A DNA stretch of 64,000 nucleotides, taken from assembly GCA_003427395.1 (NCBI GenBank), contig BFEA01000020.1, forward strand, positions 1,051,123 to 1,115,122, read 5' to 3'. Source of the DNA: Chara braunii. Taxonomy: Eukaryota; Plantae; Charophyceae. The notes beneath the pieces were generated by a model. That model saw nothing but the letters and a program-made list of their open reading frames with translations. It was not told where the DNA came from and did not search any database. Below, piece after piece: positions 27,127 through 39,190 of this stretch (position 1 is its first letter; each line of letters begins with the position of its first letter). The position numbers and the translations under genes are program-made.

Positions 27127-30100
27127 TTAAGGAATAGGGAGTAGGGCAGCAACTCTCACCTTAAACTTGCGAATGGTACATTCCACATCCTCACGCGGTG
27201 TCATGAACTTAGAATGAGAGTTAAGGACCTTATACACGCAACTGAGGCACTTCCTGAGACAAAAGTCATTATTAATCATGTCGACAACAACTCTTAGAAT
27301 CTCAGGAGCAGCGTGCATAGGTCTAGAGCATAGAACCAAGATGATGGAGACCTGGGGGATGATGATGTTCAATGATTGTTGTTCATGCCTGTTGGACAAA
27401 AACTTGACATACCTTGCGATTGGGAAATCAAGCAACCTTCTTTTATCGAACTTTGTTGTGAAAAATTCGTCGGACGTTTCCGAGAGGACTGTGATCTTCG
27501 AGTTTAGGAACTGGGCTTTAAGCCCATAGGTATTGCCAGAATCATCTGTAGTAAAGAGTTCAGTTTGATTTTTAATTTGAATAAGGTGCAAAGGGTATAA
27601 ATGAAAAATATTAGATTTCGATCTCTCTTGTTCAGGATCAAGGAATCTTAAGATGGAGGGGTTATTGATGCAATGCAGGTCATCGATATACCTGAATGAG
27701 TGCTTAAAAACGGGGAGGATCCAGAGAGCACCATTGTCAATAATTCTCATGATTAACAAGAATTTGTATTTAAAAAAATAAATGATGCAAAATGAGGGGG
27801 AACAAGGAAAGCGCATCGGAATACCTTGTGTATGTTTCCATATATCACCTCCAAGGGAAGTGAAACTTCTATCATGGACCCATTGCATAAGGGATAACAC
27901 ATCCTTCTTGCAGAGGGAGATAACGGACTTCGGGATAACAACATTTTCTTTGCGTAGGGAACAAACCACATCATCATTCCTCTTGAATCTACATCCAATG
28001 AGAGTACCTAACTTTTTCTTCTCCAATTTCTAGGCAATATCGAGAAAGAATCAGATGGCTGCAGGGAAGCCATCTTCATCATTATCAATGGGAATGGTCT
28101 CAAAACAGCGCGTGATATCTGCAGAAAAAAACAGAGTAGACTTTAGAGGGAAGATTATAGCAGTAATCCTGGACTGCATCGATGGACCACCAGATGGAGG
28201 TATCGATGCCATGAAAGGCTTGCAGGCGATGGGTAAGTTCCTTGCATCTAGATTAGACCAACAGAATGAGCAATTTGATGATGGCATCACAGATCTGCGA
28301 CGCAGGAGAGAAAAACAAGTCAGTAGCATTGGTCAGTCATCTGAAGGATCTTTTATGTTGTTTGTAAAGAGCCACTAAGTATGACATTTTTCGCTGGCCT
28401 GAAGGGATTTTCGTTGAGATGCGATTCAGAGAAGATTCTGCTTCAGCGAAAATCAGATCAAGCGAGGATGAAATTTTCTCGAAATCTGAACTATCCAGCC
28501 TCTCCAAAACCAATTTCCTAATGAGGTGAATGCAAGTGAAGGAAGAGGTAGAAGAAGCTTTATCCGTACCGCTGACGAGGAACCTGGAAGTGAGGAATTA
28601 TAATTCCTTCTTCGTAGAATCGAGGGAGAGGAGGGAAGGAGGGTCCCGATGCTTAGGTAGAGAAGAAAGTTGGAATTTTATTATGTTAATCACAAATTCC
28701 CTAGTCCTAGTTTTAACAGCGGGGGGGGTGAACATTCTGGAGTTCACCATTCCAAATATCTCATCCCAAAAAGCTAAAAATTCAAACAATGCTAAGGCTA
28801 AATTCCTAGGTTGCAGTGAGATGTGATTAAGACCTATTTTTAGCAGGGTTGAAACCTTCTTGTTCGAGGAAATAGAGGGATCAAGAGAAACAACGTGGGA
28901 GGAAGAGGGGGGGAAGGGTTGGGGAAAGTCGATGGATTCCGAGAGGTGAAAGGGCAAGAATCTATGTGAAGAGCAGGGGCAGGACACCGAACCCGCATAG
29001 GTAGACAACCATTCTAACAAGACAAAATCCCTGAATACACAAGATGGTTTGTAAACAACCGATTCAAGCGACCGAGAGTACGTCCATCCGATAACCACTG
29101 ACGCTAGAAGGATAATCGCGGAAGGAGGAAAAAAGAGTTCAAAGGTCTTCTCCACGATAGCCCTGAAGTTGACACCTTCCATAGCCTTGTTGGCGAACCT
29201 CACGTGGAAGTGGAAGTCAGCTTTTGCTAACTCGGCTCCCACCCATTTGAACCTTCCGAATTCATCTGTACGAATCTGCCCCTCCGATACGTGACACAAA
29301 GAGTTGACAACAACAAACTGGTAAGCTCAAGCAGGAAACAGCGAGGCCTTCACGGCAAACCTGTTTCTCGGGCTGCGTCTGAGGTACTTGGCTGAGGTGG
29401 AATTCGCAGACTCCGTCTGAATAGTAATTGTGGATAACGGAGGAGTTCCATGAACGCTTGGAGATGCTTCGCAGTCCGCTGCCACAGTAGGGTCCTCCTC
29501 AGTAGCCATAGCCACCGGCCTGATGTAGTACGACAAAATAGTGTTGGACTGAGGCTTTGGAAGTCGCTCCTCCCTCAACCTCTTTCTGGACTTCTTCGCA
29601 TGACTCTTGAGGTATTTGTCCGGGAGAAGGAGGCTGGCCATCTTTCGTGGAAAGTTTCTTGCCATAAGGGATTCGTCATCCATAATGGTCTCCTGTCGTC
29701 TAGCAGGATTGTCGATGATGGCATAAGCCATTCTCTGCATGATGAAACGCATCTGGCAAAACACTACTGTCGCTAGCACCGAGGCTCTCCAAGTGGTTTT
29801 CAGGAAGTTCCGCATTGCCCTCATTCGGGCGCTCATAGTAGGAGCGACAGGAAAGAGGTGCTCCAGATTGGCAAGGAGGTACCAGAGAACATTATCAAAC
29901 CAAGTAATGTTAGTTTTGCAATCCTTCTTCCTAATCTCGAGGCACCGACATTTCAGGTAAGGTCTCCCGACGTTCTAGATCCGTTTCAACTCCGGAAATG
30001 GCCCAGCGCCTCTTGGGGTGCAGAAACCACGAATTGCTAGGGCAGAGGTTGACTCTGAGCACTTGAGAGGATCAATGGATCCAACCGCGGGCAGTTTCAT

Positions 30101-31024
30101 GGCATCCGCAGTAAGCGGATAAAAACCCTTAATCTGTTTCGTATTCTCAGCTAAGGCATTGTCGTCGCACAACTCTATCTCAGCTGGGAAAAGGGAGGCT
30201 AGGAACCTGTATGCGTTGGAACTAATCGGGGCCGAGTGGTTGAAGGTATCCATATCCCAGAGTTTGTAATCAATCTCCATGGACTCCGACTCGATATAGC
30301 GAGAGGGGAGGAGAGGAAGGAAGGCATTTCGATAGTATTTGCCAACCTCCTTTCTTTTCGATTTGGTAAGATTCAACATCAACTGCTCTTTGGACTCAGC
30401 AACAAACTTCTGGTGAAACAATTTCTCCTCCTCAGTTTAATCCAATTCTTCCTCTGAGTCCGATTCTAGTTGGTTTTGATCCTGAATCGGAACAGCGACA
30501 AGTCCGTCGTGGAAGGCAGACTTGACAACCCACAAATCGACAAAAACATTTTCCTTCATGGCTAAGTCATCAAGAATGGAGGCTTCGAATAGCCTATCAT
30601 CGGTAAAGACATCTGCAACACCTTCAACTAACGCTCTCGAAAGCTCGGGGAATTTCTCCCTGTCATACGTCGAACAGCACAAGATATCTGCCCAATCGTT
30701 GAATGAAAGGACAAAGATAAGCGGGGGGAATTGGGGAGGGACAATGACCGAGTTAGCTCTAACAAACTCCATAACCTTTGGACCAGCCACGGAGATGAGA
30801 GCTTGAGCAGGGCATGAAGGAACTTTGAAGCCATCCAGCTAGGAGAGATCGTTTCTCACCAAATCCGCATACCATCCGTTCCGGGTGAAGGAGGGTTTCT
30901 GCACATACGGAACAACAAAGAATATAAGAAAAGGAACCAGCGGAAAAAAACGAGAGACAGGACTAGTCATGGATATCATTTTTCCCAGAGTAATTGTCCA
31001 CATCCGCATTAATCGCGATGTCAT
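27127..31024 (-). pseudogene. Disrupted ~1300-codon Penelope-like reverse transcriptase polyprotein
   Basis: ORF pieces starting at 31024, 30790, 30421, 29836 and 29299 share one frame. Reading through stops gives SCPCSSH, KIGLNH, TDKA..SFTC, YLVALYKQHKRSFR and IWWSID. After a frameshift at the A run ~28125-28131 come SADITRCFETIP, QGIPM.FPCSP, FRYIDDL and AQFL. About nine in-frame stops. Confidence 0.85.
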
Positions 31025-31346
31025 AGGTTTCTCAGACTTGACGAGGGGGAGTCGACCCTCTCGATGGCAAACCGTAAGGAGTTATCTATTCGTGTGTATG
31101 TGTGTATAGTGAGATGAGTCCACCCCATCATGAGACGAGGCAAGCTAAGTTTAAAAAGAGACACATCACAACAAATGCAGAGGTACTGGACAAATTATGA
31201 TTCGCACGAATACTAGACGTATATCCAACAAACCACGTCGTAATCAGTCCATGCCCAAAAATCGTCTATGTCCTCTTCAAATCTTTGCACAAGATATCTC
31301 AAAGTCTATAATAATTTATAGGAAGGAGGCAGAACAGCGACATGGG

Positions 31347-33863
31347 AAAAAGGCACACTAAGAAAGTAGAAGGAAAGGGATAGATAAGGACAAGAAACAG
31401 GGAGGGAATGGGTAATGGTAGAGATAGAAGAAGAATCAAGAATGATGGAGAAAACGTGATATTCAATCCAATGAGCTATGCGACACACGTGATCAGAGAG
31501 CCAGATGAATATGAAGAGAGGTCGGATTGTCCGAGAAAGCAACAAGTAAAAGATTCTGAGTGCCACGGAAGAACTAGAAAATTATTACAAATGGATCATT
31601 ATTTCTGCAGGAGTATTTTAGGAATTGGAGTCCGGAAAAAGAATCCGCTTATGGACGACCAAGAGGAGCTTTCATCCTAAGTCGTCAACACGAATAACAA
31701 TGAATTAAAGATGAATCACGAACAACCCTGCAACAATATTGCTCATAACCGAAGCCTACCATAATGAGAGAGCATAAAAAAGACTGCTGTAACTCACAAA
31801 AATTAAGGGGAACCAAGTCATTAGCATCGCGAATATCATTACTTCAGTCCTGAATAACAATGCAAGGAATGATTGTCATCGGCGTCATAGGATCGAAAGA
31901 TCTAGTGCAACAGCCGATGGAAACTCGAACTATAAAAATATTAGATCCTGGATCCTAACACCTCACCCTTTCAACAAGAGATGCCTTAAGAAAAGACGAA
32001 GTAACTCAAATCCCCAAGACATCGTAAGAGCGCAAAGCCACCGAGTTGAACTCTCAACAGGTAACGACAAATACAACTGCCATTAATTCCCAGTTAGGAA
32101 GGAAAAAGCACCATCGGCAAGGGAGTTTGGGGGAGAGCACGCTAGGACCTCATTCAACAAACCCCGAACGAGAGCTTATTAATGATAGGGAGGAGAGAAT
32201 GAGTAAATTTTAACCCGATCACCATTATTATCCCAAAACACTACCATGGTGAGGGAGAAAGACAAAAAGATAACGAAGATGGTAAAGACTATCGCTAAGT
32301 GCAAGAAGCGTTGGCAGGCGACCTCAGGAGAATAATCAGGGAGGCACTGAGGAGTGGGGAGGGGTATGGAAGAAATGAAAGCATTACGCGCTAGGAGCAG
32401 GAGGGCAAGGAAGGAGGAGAGCAGCATGCAAGTAAGGATAGCAAAGAGGACTGAAGAGGATCGCTGGAAGGAGCCCATGTTGTGCCGTTATTAAGCTGAG
32501 CACCTTCCGCGTGCGAAGAGGGGAGCGGAGGAATTCAGAGAAGGGGGAGAACAGCAACAAGACCGATGGTGGTCTACGGAATCGAGGCATTCAAAAAACG
32601 CCAGAGTAGCCAGTAACATGTCGAAGATCGTGAAACCTCCCAAGAAGACGGATGAATAATCCATGGCAAGCTTGACGACTAAAAACACCTACCGAAGACA
32701 CGAATCCATCAGCAATTCCTACGCCAAACATGCACGCAACAACACACAGCAAATGAGCGATCATCGTGTTAGACATCCATCATACATGATTGGGGGCAAG
32801 AAAAAAGCAATTAAGAGAGGGGAGATGGAGGCAGAAGGGGGAGGGGGAAAGGAGGAGAAAAAAAAAGGAAAGAAGGAAGAGGAATGATTCTCCCAAATCG
32901 GCAAAGCGACCCCAACGTGTCGACGAAACCAGTGAAAGGGGGTTGGCAGAACAGTCCCTAAAGCTTTTTCGCCAGCGTCTGCCAAACTGGCTCATCAGGG
33001 GAGTGATACCCCTTGGTTATCGTTCTGAGATGGGAGGAGTATGAGAGAGGAAAATATCAAAGAGAAGGAGGCAACAAGGCCAGGGAGGGGAATGGAGGAG
33101 TAAGGGGAGGAGGACGGGGGAGGCTGGAGGGGCAAATGGAAGCGGGATTCATTACCATCGTCGCGGAGGAAGAAGAGGTTGCCGACATGTCCACTTAGGA
33201 GGAGGGGAAGGAGGAAGTCGCCAATCTTAGTGCGAATATTGCCACGTAATCGAGGAACAACCGCCCACAGAGCTGCCAACGCACAGTCGCAGGAATCCAC
33301 ACGAGCACTACGAGGTAAAATCAACTAGCGCATGAAACCTCACAAAGCGGCGGTAGGATAATACGAATAGCTGAGCGGGAATCAATGATGAACCAGCGCC
33401 GCCATTCGCATACACCCCCGGTCGCAGATGGAGAGAGGGTAATCATACCCGGGAAGGCTAAATAAATAGTATATGGACCGATAGAGAACTGAGCGTCGGT
33501 TGGACAAAGCAGAAAGACGGCCTTGGGCCGCAAAAAAAAGGGGGAAGAGAGGGAGGAACAAAACGAAGGGGTGGAGGAGTGAGTGTAAGGGCCTAATTTT
33601 TTTTTTTGGCGGTAAAGCATGGAGGTACATGCCCAGTTGCCTGAGGTCTCTTCAGCAGGCTGTTTTGCAACAAAGTCGAGCCTCATAAGTGTTTAATTTT
33701 TCATTTACTTATTGAGAAAAATTATAGGGGAAGGGGGAAAAAAAAAGGGGGGGGTTAAATTCTCCTTAATATTTCGGGGTATGTACCAGTATATTAATCG
33801 GAAGGGGAATAACTGGTAAAACACCGGATGATGGCGATCCAGTAAACATTGTAAAGAGTGAGC

Positions 33864-33865
<2 letters not shown>
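31347..33865 (-). repeat. Upstream direct repeat of the Penelope-like element
   Basis: Colinear with 24435-26926 (roughly 90% identical by eye). Bordered by (GT)n(GA)n at 33866-33974. Confidence 0.9.
32947..33027 (-). ncRNA. Type I hammerhead ribozyme (minimal, palindromic stem III)
   Basis: Minus strand reads UCCC-CUGAUGA-GCCAG(uuuggcagacg)CUGGC-GAA-AAAGCUUU-A-GGGA. Stem I is extended by distal CAGAAC/GUUCUG. Predicted UUA cleavage between 32959 and 32958. Confidence 0.85.
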
Positions 33866-33909
<44 letters not shown>

Positions 33910-33912
33910 GTG

Positions 33913-33979
<67 letters not shown>

Positions 33980-36187
33980 GCATGCAGCATGTTAGTGGCG
34001 GGGAGCACAAGGGCAGGCACTGAGCTCAAAAAAAAAAAAAGAAGTTGGAATACAAGAGTTTTTTTAAATTTTCGAAATCCGAATAGAAACGGTACACGTT
34101 GCATTCGAATACAACGTGTACGAGTTTTATTCGAGTGTACACGTTGTATTCGAGGTGCTCTGCTCTTCGAGAAAAGTGGACCCGCGCCGTTTCAATTTTG
34201 AAAAAGACTTAAGGACCGCAGCCTCCTCGGCCTCCTACGGGCAGCTACCTGTCCTACGTGGCGCTGGCCCTTGCAATGCCCCAAAACCTGAAAATGCCCG
34301 CCCTCCCGACGACCACCAACGTTGAAATGTCTCAGGGGGGGAAAATGCAACTCTGACGGGCTGCAAACTTTTCCACGCTGCCGCTGCTTTGCCACCGTTT
34401 CGACCAAAACCCAGCGCGCGGTCCCATGGGCAGCTACCGGTCCCGCATTCTTCAAAGAAACTGCCACCACCCCCCAAAGTGTCGTGTGTGCACCTGCCTG
34501 CATTTTTTGAACCTTCCAACGACCAAACGGGCCCGAATCAACGACCGGTATGACGAAGGACGATGAAAATGTCTCGGGGGGGAAATGTCTGAGGGGGGAA
34601 AAACGCAGCCTGAATCAATGACCGGTATAACGAAGGACGACGAAAATGTCTCGGGGGGGAAATGCCTGAGGGGCGGAAAACGCACCCCTGACGGGCTGCG
34701 AACAGGGCCTTGCCCGGACTCAGAAGGATCCCCTGGCCCTAACTCAGAAAAATCCCCTGGCCCGGACTCAGATGGATCCCCTGGGCCGGATCAGAGGGGT
34801 TCCCGCGTAGTGTGGTCGTCAGATCGGGCATCGGTGGGTTACTTCACCATCCAGCGTAACGTTACCTTCAGGGCTCGGTACTGCACATCCACATCCACAC
34901 CTTGACGGAACCGGGTTTTCTCAGTCTCAAATGATCATCAGATGCGTCCCAACGCTTGCCGCTGTCAATCCCTGTCGTTATCTTCTCCGCTCGTCGTGGT
35001 TAATCCAGGTTATCAATCTTTTTCTTGCTCGTCTCCTTCCGCCTTTTTCAGGTCTTTGATAATGAATGGCAGAGGAAGGATAGGGGACTGATCATATAGG
35101 AAAGGTGTGGGTCAGCTACCAGGCAGCTTTTGTTGGAGTTTGTGTTGGCAGTGAGTTGTTCCAGAGGACGGGGAGGGTGGGATAAGTGGGTAGAGGCAAA
35201 CGGCTGTACAGAATATGAAGGGTATGTTTGCTGGAGAGTCTAGAATCCTACTGCCTGTCTACCCTTACGGCAGGTTGGGAGTTGGCGTTTGAGGGTGGGG
35301 AAGAGGAGTGCGGGGCAAGGGGTGTGGAGACAAGGCGAGCGTTTTTGAATATCTCCTGCACGCTTGTTGTTAGCCAGGGGGAAGAGGAGGCGAACGGAAG
35401 AGGAATTGGTGAGCAGACGAGCGCGGGAGGTTGAGCGGCAGGGGCTTTGCGGAGATGGAAAATTGGAAGGATGAAGGCAAGTTACCGTAGAGGAGAGGGT
35501 AACGGCTTGTTATGACTGTAGATCCTGCCATGCTATTAATCAATGGTCAAGAAACTCGGGTAGTTTTCTGAATTTTGGTGTGTTGTAGGGAAACGCCGCC
35601 TGACGCCTGGCGGAGCAGGGAGGGCCACCTACCGGTAGTCAGCTGGACTGGGCTGTTGTCAGTTGCGGTCGCCGTGCGTACCAGGGACTGGTCGGTGCAG
35701 GGCCAAGCGCGCTTTGCCCCAAGCATCCGAGCTCGGCGCCCCGGTCGTAGGGCAGTGCAGTGCAGTAACTGTCTAACGCCAGTCCCGAGCTCAGCCTATG
35801 GCAGCCAGGTCGCGCATCAAGGATGGCCGCAGGGAGCAGCGAGACGCCTTCCGAAGTTGTGTCGAGATACAGAGAGTGGTTTAGATGGAGGACGAGGGGG
35901 GCAGATGATTGGAGGAGGGGGAGAAAGAGGAGGAGGAGGATGATCGTAAGGGCATAGCGCGGCGAAGAAGCCGGTGGCATCGGCAGGTCAGGGTATAGCA
36001 AGAACAGAGAGCGCAAGAAGGGAGAAGCTATGGTGTACGGCTGTGCGTGCGTTTGACGAGAACAAGCTAGCTAGCTATGGTGGACGTTTGCAGGTGCGGT
36101 GCATGAAGGGTATGAAGAGGGAATGACCCGGGGTGGGGGGGAAGTGGGGGAGGTGGCTTTTCAGCCAGACCAGACAGATCAGACGCT

Positions 36188-39100
36188 ATGGCGAGCAAAG
36201 GTCAAATGCGGAAGTTGAGGAAGAAGAACGGGATGGCGGCGGCGTCTGCGAAACTTGTTGACGTTCGGAAATTCGGAGGTAGCGGCACTACCAGTAGCGG
36301 TGGCTGCTTTAATCAGGGCCCTGCGAACGGATTGGCGGGGATTGCTCCCGCGGCGGGAGCGGGTCACCCTCCTCCTCCTCCTCCTCCTCATCATCATCAG
36401 TACCATCAGTCGGGATGCCCATCCAAAGAGTCCGGACGGGACGCGTGTACCACTACTACCACCTCGAACACTACGGGTAATTACAAATACCGAAGTTCTC
36501 AAGATGAGGACGATGGCGGCGCCAGCAGCGCGGGCGATTACTCTGAGACCGAGGACGAAGGACTGTCGGGATACCGACGAGGCGGCTACCACCCTGTTAA
36601 GATCGGGGAAGTGTACAATTGGGGTCGCTACGTCGTGGAGCGAAAGTTGGGATGGGGTCATTTCTCGACAGTGTGGCTGGCTTGGGACGTGACGGCGAAG
36701 AGACACGTGGCCCTGAAGGTCCAGAAGAGTGCGGCCCATTACACGGAAGCGGCCATGGACGAGATAACGCTGCTGGAACAGATCGTCCGCGGAGATCCCG
36801 GCGACGTGTTCCACGTGGTCCGCCTTCTGGACCAGTTCAAGCACAGCGGGCCAAATGGAAACCACGTGTGTATGGTCTTCGAATTGCTGGGTGACAATTT
36901 GCTCACTCTGATCAAGCGGTACAATTACCGCGGCATGCCCATTCCGATGGTGAAGGAGCTTTCCCGCCAAATCTTGATTGGGCTGGACTACTTGCACCGA
37001 CAGTTGTCAATCATTCACACTGACCTGAAGCCGGAGAACGTGCTCTTGGTGCACCCATTGGACCCCTCGAAAGATCCGCGAAAGACATGTTTGAGGCACG
37101 CTAATTACGATCGAGAGAATCAGCAGGATCAGGGTTTTACCGATCAGCGAACAGCGGAGGTGATGACGTCATCAGCGGCGGCGATCGAGCCATCTACTGC
37201 CGCCGCCGCCGCCGCCGGCTCAAAGAGTACAAAACCAATCGCGACGCCCACGACGACGACGATGGGGAAGGGTGGCCGGGAGTTGCGCGAGGATGAGACG
37301 GGGACGGCGAGTTGGGAAGCGGCGGTGATGGAGGAGGGGGGAGCCACAGCAGCAGCAGCGACGGCGGCGGCGGGAGGAGCGGGGGAGGCTAGAAACAGCC
37401 CCACAAGGAAAGGAGTAGTAGTAGGAGGGACAGAGGGGCTGACGAGGAATCAGAAGAAGAAGCTAAAGAAGAAGGCGAAGAAGGCTGGTGCGGTGATGAT
37501 CGGCGGCTCTGATGATGGAAAAGTTACGGGGGGTGGTGGTGGTGATCTTGATGATAAGATTTTGACGACGGCGGCGGCAGGGGGTGGCAAATGCGAGGAA
37601 AGGGGAGGAGGGTTGGCTGGGGGAGGAGACGGAGGACCGATGGCGGCGGGAGAGAGGAGGAACGGGTGCGCCGATCAGGAACGACAAGTAATGGACGGCG
37701 GCGGTCTAGATGGCGAAACGAGATTCGAACTGCTGACCTTAGATAGCGTCGTTTCGAAACCTAATAATGCTACGGCGCCGCCGCCGCCGCCGCCGCCGCC
37801 GTCTTCGACGACGGGAACAAGAAGGAATGGGGAATCATCCCCAAACATAGCTGTTCTTACCCCTCTTTCCCAAACGACGGTGATGGCGACGAGTGCGAAA
37901 GGAGAGAGAGAGGCAAAATTAGCGGCAGCGATGGCGGGAAGAGACAGCGTGATTGTCCAGATGGCGGAAGGGGAAGGGGGCAAGATGACAACAGCTCATT
38001 ACCAGGATTTCGCCGCGGGACGGGCGGAGATCGTTGCGACTGTTCGTGTTAGTAAGGAGGAGGAGCAGATGAAGTTCCTCAAGAAGTATCCCCCCCAACC
38101 TTCTCCGCCTCTATCTTCCCTCCAGTGTAATCATGCACAAGATGGATTTCGGGTAGTAGTAGGAGGAGGAAAAGGAGGAGGCGATAGTGGAGGTGCTGAC
38201 GTGGAGATCAAGGAGGTCGATGATGATGAGGAGGAGGAAAACAGGAGAGGGGGTTTGTTACTTGCCGACGCTGGCATGATTGATAACAACGTCAGCAAAC
38301 TCCAAGCCGTCAACAACAGCAGGAGCCACAAGTCGTCGTCCTCCTGCTCTCCTCTCGAACGCCGCTCGACTAGAGAGGGTTCTTCCACGATAGATTTGAC
38401 CTGCAAGCTCGTAGATCTGGGTAATGCTTGCTGGACTTACAAGCAATTTAGCAGCGATATACAGACTAGACAGTATCGCTCTCCCGAAGTTTTGCTCGGT
38501 GCCAAGTATTCGACCCCGGTAGATGTTTGGTCCTTCGCTTGTATCGTGTTTGAATTGTGCACTGGCGATGTGCTCTTCGATCCCCACAGCGGCGACGGGT
38601 TCTCGAGAGACGAAGATCATCTGGCGCTGATGATTGAGCTCCTTGGAAGAATTCCGAGGAAAGTTGCATCCAATGGCAAGTACGCGAGTTCGTTCTTCAA
38701 TCGCCACGGAGAACTACGACATATAAAGAAGCTGAGATTCTGGCCATTAGACGAAGTTCTGACGCAGAAGTACGACTTCGCGGAGGAGGACGCAAGAGGA
38801 GTCACAGACTTCTTGTTGCCGCTTCTGGATTTCCTTCCAGAACGGCGCGCAACGGCGGAGATGGCGCTGTGTCATCCGTGGCTAAACCCTGTGCCGCGAT
38901 CGATGGCCTCGTCAGCAAAAGAGGAGATCATCAGGGTGAACAAGGGAGAGAAAAGGGAGGAGAAGGTTGTCAGAGCGAAGCGGCAGCAGCAGCAGCAGCA
39001 GCGGCAGCAGCGGCAGGCGGGGGGGAAGGGGGTGGAACAGCGAGTGAAAGGCTTGCTGATTACGGGAAGAAGAAAAGATAGTGAACACTGCTCTGATGAC

Positions 39101-39190
39101 GATGACGAGAGGGACGACGATGACGATGAGGAAGATGATGAGCATGATGATCATCATCATGTTGAGAGAGTGGGAGAGAGGAGGTGGTAG
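36188..39190 (+). CDS. SRPK: SR protein kinase (CMGC, SRPK family), single uninterrupted ORF, 1000 aa
   Basis: Diagnostic motifs in order: YRRGGYHPV, KLGWGHFSTVWL, ALKVQKSA, HVCMVFE, IIHTDLKPENVLL, a long spacer, then DLGNACW, DIQTRQYRSPEV, DVWSFAC, EDHLALMIELLG, HPWL. A kinase domain split by a spacer is typical of SRPKs. Confidence 0.95.
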   Translation: MASKGQMRKLRKKNGMAAASAKLVDVRKFGGSGTTSSGGCFNQGPANGLAGIAPAAGAGHPPPPPPPHHHQYHQSGCPSKESGRDACTTTTTSNTTGNYKYRSSQDEDDGGASSAGDYSETEDEGLSGYRRGGYHPVKIGEVYNWGRYVVERKLGWGHFSTVWLAWDVTAKRHVALKVQKSAAHYTEAAMDEITLLEQIVRGDPGDVFHVVRLLDQFKHSGPNGNHVCMVFELLGDNLLTLIKRYNYRGMPIPMVKELSRQILIGLDYLHRQLSIIHTDLKPENVLLVHPLDPSKDPRKTCLRHANYDRENQQDQGFTDQRTAEVMTSSAAAIEPSTAAAAAAGSKSTKPIATPTTTTMGKGGRELREDETGTASWEAAVMEEGGATAAAATAAAGGAGEARNSPTRKGVVVGGTEGLTRNQKKKLKKKAKKAGAVMIGGSDDGKVTGGGGGDLDDKILTTAAAGGGKCEERGGGLAGGGDGGPMAAGERRNGCADQERQVMDGGGLDGETRFELLTLDSVVSKPNNATAPPPPPPPPSSTTGTRRNGESSPNIAVLTPLSQTTVMATSAKGEREAKLAAAMAGRDSVIVQMAEGEGGKMTTAHYQDFAAGRAEIVATVRVSKEEEQMKFLKKYPPQPSPPLSSLQCNHAQDGFRVVVGGGKGGGDSGGADVEIKEVDDDEEEENRRGGLLLADAGMIDNNVSKLQAVNNSRSHKSSSSCSPLERRSTREGSSTIDLTCKLVDLGNACWTYKQFSSDIQTRQYRSPEVLLGAKYSTPVDVWSFACIVFELCTGDVLFDPHSGDGFSRDEDHLALMIELLGRIPRKVASNGKYASSFFNRHGELRHIKKLRFWPLDEVLTQKYDFAEEDARGVTDFLLPLLDFLPERRATAEMALCHPWLNPVPRSMASSAKEEIIRVNKGEKREEKVVRAKRQQQQQQRQQRQAGGKGVEQRVKGLLITGRRKDSEHCSDDDDERDDDDDEEDDEHDDHHHVERVGERRW

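Larger units (their letters stand above)
24435..33865 (-). mobile_element. Penelope-like retroelement (Naiad/Chlamys-like RT), degenerate, with ~2.5-kb direct repeats (pseudo-LTR-like)
   Basis: PLE-type RT motifs in the internal region, direct repeats at 24435-26926 and 31347-33865, a hammerhead in each repeat, and (CA)n at the 5' side of each repeat. Confidence 0.8.

Noticed and set aside
24435-33865. Direct repeats as LTRs of a gypsy, copia or DIRS element
   Set aside because: No TG..CA ends, PBS, RNase H, integrase or tyrosine recombinase; the RT motifs are Penelope-like.
36179-36997. 272-aa antisense ORF
   Set aside because: Shadow of GC-rich SRPK codons.
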